A model generated the notes under the pieces. It saw only the letters and a program-made list of their open reading frames with translations. It had not been told where the DNA came from and made no database searches. Position numbers and translations under genes: made by a program. Shown here piece by piece: positions 55,376 to 64,000 of a DNA stretch of 64,000 nt. Within the stretch, counting starts at the first letter, position 1. Each line of letters opens with the position of its first letter. The stretch comes from Octopus vulgaris (taxonomy: Eukaryota): assembly GCA_951406725.2 (NCBI GenBank), contig OX597815.1:130200001-130264000 (forward strand), given 5' to 3'.

Positions 55376-56127
55376 ATAATGTCTAAAGATATTGTTAGTC
55401 CAATGGTGATCAATGAAGTCAATGACTTCAGTTATATAGAACTTCAACAGGGCACACATCCATGCAAGGGGAGCAGAGGCTCACATCTGCCTCCGCCTAT
55501 GGTACACTTTTCGTGTACCTGAAGTGGAGGAAGATGTGGTATTTCATTGTCGCTAATGTTTGGTACCTCAACTTCTGCAATGAGAAGTCCGCTGTTTGTG
55601 GGTCTAAGAAGTTTCAGCCATCAGTCGTTGACGCATTAAAACGTCGATATAGTATACAAACCACCAGACCAGAGAGGGAGAGGGCGGAGATACAGACAGA
55701 CATACAAGCAGACAGACAGTCAAAGAGGAGAAGAGAGAGGGAGAGTGATCCCAGTACAAGAATGATACTTTATTTATCGACCCGCCCACCAAGAGAATGA
55801 AAGGCAAAGTTGACCGGTGAAATTTGAATTCAGATCGCAAAAAATCGGAACGATTAAACAGACATTTGTATTTGAAGGTACTCTATCTTATCTCACCCAG
55901 GTAAAATGAAAGGCGAAGGTGACCTCGAGAGGATTAGAACTCAGAGTGTAAAGGGGTCAAAATTGAATACTGCAACGCATTCTATCTTACACTCTAACGC
56001 TTCTGCTAATACACCCTCATCCGTTAACTATTGTTCAATCTGTTCATCACTGGTTTCCACTCATTAGAAGACACTCGCCAAGGGTGGGGGTGGATATTCT
56101 TGTACGGAATTATTCTATCATGGAATA

Positions 56128-56352
56128 AGATGGCGAGCTGGCAGAATAGTTAGCACGCTGGACGAAATGCTTAGTGGTATTTTGTCTGTCTTTAAGTTCT
56201 GAGTTCAAATTCCGTTGTGGTCGACTTTGCCTTTCATCCTTTCGGGGTAGATAATTTAAATATCAGTGGGGTAGTGGAATGACTGAATACTGGGGTCGAT
56301 TGACTAGCCCCCTCCCACCAAATTTCAGGCCTTGTGCCCTTAGCAGAAAGGA
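56128..56352 (+). mobile_element. SINE family B
   Basis: TSD ATTATT(C/T)TATCATGGAAT. Confidence 0.88.
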
Positions 56353-56466
56353 TTATTTTATCATGGAATATATTTTTGCACCCATTGAACTAACAGTGCT
56401 GCAACCCACATACTGAGAATTGTCCTATATAGTGTTCTGCTAGTTCTGTTAATTCCACAAAACTTT

Positions 56467-57153
56467 GTAGTGAATCTTACATGCATGAAGTGGATTCGAT
56501 TCACCATAGCCAAATTTAAATTAACGCTGCAACAGAAATGTTCCCATGGTGGAACAATGGTTTTTCTCTGACAGCAGTTTTACATTTTCCAGATGCCTTT
56601 AGCTCGGCCGAAATAATGTCTTCACCACTTGACTCTTTCTAACCTCTTCTACTTCACCAAAAGCTAGACCACCAACTAAATCTATTGTTCTCAGTGATAT
56701 ATCTATCCTTCTGGATCTTTAGAATTGGTGACCCTGACGTGATCCAATTGTAACGGTAGAAATTGGTTTGGTAAACATTATTATGAAATGTTGGTGGAGG
56801 CAGTGGTAACGATAACAAGTTTGTTGTTATTATTGCATGTTGTAAGATGTGAAAGATGATCAACTAAGTGATTTTTGTTTGGGATATGTTTGCTTATATA
56901 AAGATCTAGAAGGATAGATATATCATTGAGAACAATAGATTTAGTTGGTGGTCTAGCTTTTGGTGAAGTAGAAGAGGTTAGAAAGGGTCAAGTGGTGAAG
57001 ACATTATTTCGGCCGAGCTAAAGGCATCTGGAAAATGTAAAACTGCTGTCAGAGAAAAACCATTGTTCCACCATGGGAACATTTCTGTTGCAGCGTTAAT
57101 TTAAATTTGGCTATGGTGGATCGAATCCACTTCATGCATGCAAGATTCACTAC
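56467..57153. repeat. Long inverted repeat, about 255-bp arms, about 177-bp spacer
   Basis: 56467-56721 versus 56899-57153; about 5 mismatches by eye. Confidence 0.93.
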
Positions 57154-57409
57154 ACCTTATTATTTCATGCATGTTTCTCCTGGTAGCAGTTAACTCATTT
57201 TAACTCAGGTTAACCCTGTCGAAATTTTGAAGATAGTTATATGAATAGGAATAAGAAACATACGGAAGCGTTCAGTTGACCACTGTTGCAGTAAATAAAC
57301 CAAATACAATGGTTTGCGTTCAATTAACCTTTATTGCAGTAAACAAACCAAATACAACTGTCCTCAAACGAGGACAGTGGGTTAAAATGGATTGATACCA
57401 GACTTCAAG

Positions 57410-57625
57410 AAAGTGGCGCGCTAGTAGAGTCGTTATCACGCTGGACAAAATGCTTAGCAGCATTTCGTTCGTCTTCACTTTTGAGTTCCAATTCTGCCGA
57501 GGTCGACTTTGCCTTTCATTCTTTCGGAGTCGATAAAATAAGTAACAGTTGCGTACTACGTTCGATATAATCGACTTACTTCCCACCACCGAAATTGCTG
57601 CCCCTGTGTTAAAATTTGAAACCAA
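57410..57625 (+). mobile_element. SINE family B
   Basis: Homology to other copies. Confidence 0.8.
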
Positions 57626-57970
57626 TAACAGGCTTCAAATGAATGTTGTACATAGATTTATGTACTTTTCACGGATGTGTAACATTTACCTTTGACATTA
57701 AACAGGCACGAAGAATAAATATATAAAAATAAAAGAGGATTTACTCACAACATCCCATAATTCAATGCTTTTAATCGTACGTACTTTCCGTGACATGATA
57801 ACATAATATGGGTTATTATTGTCCGGAAATTGAACAAAGATAAAGATGCTCACCGCAGCTGTATCTGTCTGTCTATCTGTCTGTCTGTCTCTTTTTCTCT
57901 CAGTCTTCTCTCTGTCCACACATACACATATATGCATCCATGCGCGCGTATATATATACTCACACATATG

Positions 57971-58028
<58 letters not shown>

Positions 58029-58209
58029 TATATATATGTGTGTGTGTGTATGTGCGTGTGCACAAACACACATATATGTATGTATATATGCGTATGTATA
58101 TGCATGTGCGCGCACACATACTGCTTTACTCCTAAAATTTTCCGATGTACAATTCTTCACTGTTTTTTTCTTTTTTTTTTTTTTAAAGCTCTTTTGAAAT
58201 TATCTGTTT

Positions 58210-59070
58210 TCATACATTGTCGACTGTTAGCAGCATTTCTTCTGGCTCCTTGCATTCCGAGTTCAAATACCACTGATGCCGATTTTCTCTTTCGTCGATG
58301 GAATAGATACCAGTTAAGTACTGGTGTCGATGCAATCAACAACTCCTCACCGAAATTACTAGCCTTGTCTCAAAATATGAAATCAGTATTTTGGAGGAAG
58401 ACAAAGGCGGCGAGTTGGCAGAACCGTTACTTTGCCGGGAAAAGTGCTTAGCAGTATTTCATTCGGCTGTCAATTTACTCGACTAAAATCCTTTAAAGCG
58501 ATACCCCAGTATGGGGGCGGTTCAGCGACTGAAACAATTGAAAAAAATGGAAGGTCTTTACGCTCTAGGTTCAAATCCCACCAGGGCCAATTCTTTCTTT
58601 TTATTCCTCTGAGATCGATACAAAGTGAGATTTGAGAGAACTCGTGTTCAGATTCCGTCGAAGTCGACTTTGCCTTTCATCCCCCGGGATCGATAAAATA
58701 AGTACCAGTGAAGTACTGTGTCGATCAGATTTCAACCTTGTGTCTGTCGTAGAAAGGCTCGATTCCATATTTTATCTGAAGATAAAGGTAGCGAGTTGGC
58801 AGAACCGTTACCATGTTGGGAAAAGAAATTTTTAGCGGCATTTCTTCCGGTTTCACGTTCTGATTTCAGGTTCCAGTAATTGAACCAATTAAAACATGGA
58901 AGGTCTTTACGCTTTAGGTTCAAATGCCGCCAGGGTCAATTCTTTCTTTTTATTCCTTTGAGATACAAAGTGAAATTTGAGAGAGAACTGGATTACAACG
59001 ACCTCAGTACTTGACTAGTCTTTTATTTTGCATTACATTGCTGGCCTTTTATCCAAATCTGACACAATTA
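58210..59070 (+). mobile_element. Cluster of decayed SINE B fragments with a local duplication
   Basis: 58531-58641 is similar to 58881-58989. Confidence 0.65.
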
Positions 59071-59674
59071 TTACCGTTACTGAACCAGAAACACGTGTTT
59101 ACGATCATCCTCTTATCTCCAGATAATAAACCTGTCCTCTTCATTAATGGCATGTCAACTTTGGAGGATCCTTGAGTCTCGAGATTATCTCCCTTCTTAA
59201 ACGCAGTTCTCCTTAATTTCCATTTGATAATTAAGACATCTAGAGATGTAGATAATTTTAATAAATCAAGAATTTATTATGTTCTGTAGTATTTGATATA
59301 CCTGTCAGTAAACCATTGATTATGCTGTTCAAATACAAGTCTCTGGTCACTCAGAATTATTTCTGTTGGATCATTCTTGTTTGGATTATTCATATTACCA
59401 AGGCCATGACTTTGTTTTACACCTTTTTGTATAAGTTTAAGTCCTTTCCCTACTGGATATAAGGTGATACAACTGTCGTGCTGTTGATGTTGAACCAAAA
59501 ATATGCGTCCACGACTCGTCTTCTTATCACCAGACAATAATTCTGTCCTTTTTCATAACGGCATGTCAAATTTGGCGGATTCTTCATTTTTAGTTAATCG
59601 CCCCTTCTCAAGTAGGGCTGATCATAATTACCATTTGATAATTAAGACACACCCTCTGGAAACGTAGATAATTT

Positions 59675-60274
59675 TGTAGTGATCCTATAACGGTGCGCGC
59701 GCGCGCACCGTCCATTTTCTATTTCGCGCGTGTGGTGTTGGTGCCTTCACCAAGAGAGAGGAAGGGCCCTCTCGCGCATGCGCGAAGCACCGGAAGAAGA
59801 ACCCTATTGCCTACGTAGCAGTTAGCGAGGCAAGGGGGTCGTAGAACGTTTGACCACTAGCAGCAGTCAGCGGGGACTTGGGACGGCAGCGACGAAGGCG
59901 ACGGACGTATATTTTCTAGCTGTCCAGTTCTGATAGCAGTCGGCCGAAGGTTTTCACCAAATTGTTGCCGACCACATTCATCTTCCCTGTTCCAGACGCC
60001 ATCTTTAACCCGTTCTGTTTTAGCTGCTAAACATTGTAAATATTACAATCGATTAACTTTCAGCCTTGCGCGCCCAGAACCAAGGACATCAGATAACCAC
60101 TTATTGTTACTGTTACAACATCAGAGAATAAAGTAGTATATATATCTTTTACGTCTGCGTCTTGTTGTTTCTGACTGGTAGAATTCTGGATTATTAAAGC
60201 AACGGCTAGTGATTGCTTTCTTGTACCCCGAAAGTACAAGAGAAGATATATTCGCTCTCACTAAGTTCGTTACA
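59675..60274 (+). mobile_element. Solo LTR, 600 bp, Gypsy-like
   Basis: TGTA...TACA termini, 4-bp TSD ATTT, AATAAA near 60127; the empty site is visible in the paralogous sequence near 59255. Confidence 0.85.
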
Positions 60275-60984
60275 ATTTTAATAAATTGAGAATTTATGTT
60301 TTATAATTTTCGATACAACTGTATTTGTCTATAGTGTTCAAACACTACTTACGATTGGGTTATTTCTTATAGCTCGCTTTGTTTAAACAATATAAACTTT
60401 TCTTTATTGCATTCGCAGGTGATTGCCTAGCATAAGCTGAAAGCAAAAACATTGTCAGATAATACTCTTGTTTGTGACAGTCATTTGGTATTGTTTGTCT
60501 GTCTGCCGCAAAAATAGGATTGGTATTAGTTGACATATTCTAAGCTGATACCATAAAGAGATTTCAGAACTAACACTCATGAATCAAAAGATGCATTGAA
60601 ATCAAACTATTCCCTTGAGCACCACTACTCTTAAAGAAATGTCAGTAAACCATTGATTCTCTGCAAGTATCGAATCAAAAAACAAACAAAACTTTTTATA
60701 AATTGTATTTATCCAATTCTACTGAAACTGAATATTCTGCGTAGTCAAAGGGGACTTTTGAAGAGATTGAACGAAATGGATATCTTATCGGGTTATTAAC
60801 ATGCATTGCATTATAATATCATTTGGCAAAAGACTATCCTATCTGCCTGATTTAACTTCCTAGACGTTAAGTATAGGAGTTCTTTTGAAGGAGTAGCTTT
60901 CTAGCTATGGGAGATATGAGAGAGCTTTCTATCTCTGTTGTTTCCTCTCTCTCTCTCTCTATCTCTTTATATATATATATATCT

Positions 60985-61990
60985 ATTTGTGATTTAAGAC
61001 TACCATTGATTTCATGTAAAAAATAAGTAGGAAAATATCCTAGTGCTTTAAAATTTTCCAAGCCGATCACATGGAGAAAAATGCTCGCCTCCATTTTGGA
61101 AAATACAAACTCATTTAATTCGCGGAGACTCGAGTGAATTCTCGTGAATAAAACAATGAATCAAGGGACTTTACTTTTGTCTTTTAGGCAAACTGTTGTG
61201 TGGTCAATTTGTAATATTTTGTTTTTGTTCTGGGTGTGGTGTACTTAGACTTGTGCTCTAAGGTGGTTTGTCATTAGGGAACATTTCTTCTGTGCGTGAA
61301 GTTTGTGTGCTATGTGTGTTTAGATTTCACGTTCAGGAAAGGGTTATCTTGGTGGGATTACCCTCGCAGATGGTGGCTTTTCATGTGTTTGAGCGTAAAG
61401 TGTTGTTTGTGTATGCAGGGAGAGGTCTCATCCCTAATATTTAGGATGTTATCTGTTGATTGCATAACGTTTAAATTCTTCAGTAAAACAGAGATTACAT
61501 TTGGTACCCTGTCCTCTGTATTTTTTGGCCTTAGCAATAATTTTCCATTCTTCTTGTGGGTTGCTTATTTTACCTTCTTTCAATATCCATATCATATTTT
61601 ACAGGGATGTAGCATGCTTTTATTGGCGCTGAATAACGCCAGGTGTTGTGTTTATCTCTCCTTGAACAAGTTGCCCATCATTCCGATATGCATATTTGTT
61701 ACATTGTTGGGAGACATTGCAACTGTAGATCCCCAAACTACTATCCTCTAAATAACAACTATCTCGAGAAAGAACTCGTACACAAGGCCAAGATCATGGA
61801 CCCCCATTGTAATGTCAGATTGACACTACAATTGTTTCCGTAGACGGACGATATTAATTATTCAATATCTCATAGAATGTTATCTAATTCATTTAATGTT
61901 GTGTAATACATGCCATAATATATGGACATATGTAACGACATTCCTAAGTCAAGATTTCTCAACGGAGAGTGTAGTATTGTGGCAGTTGAC
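60985..61990 (-). mobile_element. Penelope-like element remnant (GIY-YIG endonuclease and 3' end)
   Basis: IVVWGSTV..MHIGMMGNLFKER*TQH, WKIIAKAKKYRGQGTKCNLCFTEE and ILNIRDETSPCIHKQHFTL match the PLE GIY-YIG pattern. Confidence 0.75.
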
Positions 61991-62594
61991 TTTCTGCCAA
62001 ATGTTGAGAGACTAATGTAGGAAAATAGGACAGGAATTAGTGTCTTGCTGTAGAGGATCTATGTGGCTACCACCAGCAGGAAAGGGAGAAAGGAATGGTG
62101 GAGATGAAGTATCGGGGCATACCCTCAAGGTGTACAAGAAAATGGATAGCGAGAGAATAGGGCAGAAAAATCGAGGATGGCTTGGTGGGCAGGTAGGTGG
62201 GATGAGGTAAAGTGTGGAGAAGACAGGAGTCACACACACACACACACACACACGACATTGTCTTGAGGAAAAGATTTATTTTAAAAATCAAGACTTCCAA
62301 ATATCAACACATTTCATCTAATTTCCATAGCATCTTCAACATGAAGAGCAAATCTTCCATTCGAACAAAACATTAGCTAATCATAGTTAATGTTCCTGAA
62401 GAAGACTGATAACCATTCTTCATGGTTTGATGAATTCAGGCAAATTAATTTTTTTTAAAGGAGACTCAATGAAGTACCTGAATCAAAGAATTAACTCATA
62501 AACCAGTATTTTCCTGCTAAACTGCTGTTTCCCCATCTTTTCAACAAATCACATTTTCAAAGTTGTTTGCAACAAAGAAAAATAAATATTCTAT

Positions 62595-62856
62595 CTTTTA
62601 CTTGTTTCAGTCATTGGATTGCAGCCATGCTGGAGCACTGCTTTGAACAGTTTTAGTCAAACAAATTGACCCCAATACTTATACTATCAGTCTCATTTGC
62701 CAAAATGCTAAGTTATAAACAAGTGTTGGTTTGTTTATATCCCCATAACTTAGTAGTTTGACAAAAGAGACCTATAATATAAGTACTAGGGTTAAAAAAT
62801 ACGTACTGGGGGTCAATTTGTTTGACTAAAACTGTTCAAAGCAGTGCTCCAGCATG
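62595..62856. repeat. Inverted pair of SINE A tails with 48-bp identical outer arms
   Basis: 62626-62673 versus 62809-62856. Confidence 0.85.
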
Positions 62857-62921
62857 TAAGATATTTCCTCCATAATTGCTTGAAACATGCATTAAATACA
62901 CTCAAATTATCAACACATTAG

Positions 62922-63220
62922 GTTTTATTTACATTATCTACATTCGACAGATATTTGGCGTATGGCGTAGTGGTTAAGAGTGCGGGCTACTATCGCCAAG
63001 ATTCCTAGTTCGATTCCAAGCAGTGACCGGAATAACAATAATAATAATAACATCGAAAAATACCTTAGGAATGAGAACCCAGGTTCAAAATTTCCCCAAG
63101 ACACCTGAAGAAAGCTGGAGGGTATATCAGCCAAAACGTTGTGTTAACAACAAACAAGATGACAAATATCCCTCGAATGTAAATAATGTACATAATTCCT
63201 CATCTCTTAAATATAGAACT
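62922..63220 (+). mobile_element. SINE family D with upstream inverted tail piece
   Basis: Head at 62957 with A-box TGGCGTAGTGG and B-box AGTTCGATTCC; 62925-62957 is reverse-complemented tail. Confidence 0.85.
63100..63145 (+). ncRNA. Minimal hammerhead, mutated copy
   Basis: GACAC-CTGAAGA-A-AGCTG..CAGCC-AAAA-CG-TT-GTGTT; G12>A and G10.1>A. Confidence 0.55.
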
Positions 63221-63302
63221 ACATTTGGTTTTGTCTTTATTCAGCATGGCCACAGCCTTGAGCTGAAACCAATGAAAAAAAAGAATATATATATATATAT
63301 TT

Positions 63303-63455
63303 AGGAGTGGCTGTGTGGTAAGAAGCTTGCTTCCCAACCACATGGTCCCAGATTCAGCTCGACTGTGTGGTACCTTGGGCAAATGTCTTCTATAGCCTTA
63401 GGCCGACGAAAGCCTTGTGAGTGGATTTGGAAGACGGAAACTGAAAGAAGCCCAT

Positions 63456-63490
<35 letters not shown>

Positions 63491-63668
63491 ACATTTGCAT
63501 GTGTGTTTGTCCCACCACTTTTGCTTGACAACCGATGTTGGTATGTTTACGTACCCATAACATAGCGGCTCAGTAAAAGAGGCAAAAGAATAAGTAATAG
63601 GCTTACAAAGAATAAGTCCCGAGGTTGATTTGTTTGACTAAATCTGCAGCCAAATGACTGAAACAAGA
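63303..63668 (+). mobile_element. SINE family A
   Basis: Homology to other copies. Confidence 0.85.
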
Positions 63669-63686
63669 TAATATATATATATATAA

Positions 63687-63960
63687 CGTGATCAACTAGA
63701 CTATCAGATGTTATACATCGCTGGTCACAATGCACTTCACATTATTTTAGCTTTCGAATGATGCTGCCCAGCTGGCTAAGTGAGCAGGCCAACATTCCCT
63801 CTGATTGGGAGGCTGGTCTGTTGCAAGGACACCCTATTTACACCTGAGTGGACTGGGGCAATGTGAAATGAAGGGTTTTGCTCAAGAACACATGCTGGCC
63901 AGTTTGAGAATCAAACCCATGATGTAGCAATCATGGGAGCAACACCCTAATCACTAGGCC
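63687..63960 (-). mobile_element. SINE with C-type head/core and E-type tail
   Basis: Tail matches 6560-6670; core TGTTCTTGAGCAAAAC matches family C. Confidence 0.7.
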
Positions 63961-64000
63961 ACATACACATGCATGCATACATAATGATGGGCTTCCATGC

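Overview
AT-rich eukaryotic DNA packed with microsatellites and transposable elements. The SINE families and microsatellite load resemble an Octopus (coleoid cephalopod) genome; this is my inference from remembered repeat families, not a database search. I find no credible intact host gene: most ORF-track entries are translated microsatellites, and the protein-like ones are decayed transposon ORFs. Contents: several tRNA-headed SINE families, a near full-length degenerate R4/Dong-type LINE, RLE-LINE 3' ends stacked in (AAT)n arrays, Tx1/L1 and I-group LINE remnants, mariner relics, hAT and piggyBac-like MITEs, two non-autonomous Helitrons, a 600-bp solo LTR, a Penelope (PLE) GIY-YIG remnant and several long inverted repeats. 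The notable signal is hammerhead ribozyme (HHR) motifs: two with intact cores (18266-18329 minus, 40338-40383 plus) and about six mutated ones. Three sit inside a tRNA-headed SINE with PLE-style inverted junctions, suggesting a Pol III SINE that carries a ribozyme and is mobilised by Penelope machinery. Another sits in a 505-bp partial-tandem, retrozyme-like non-coding element. All folds were read by eye and need computational and biochemical confirmation.
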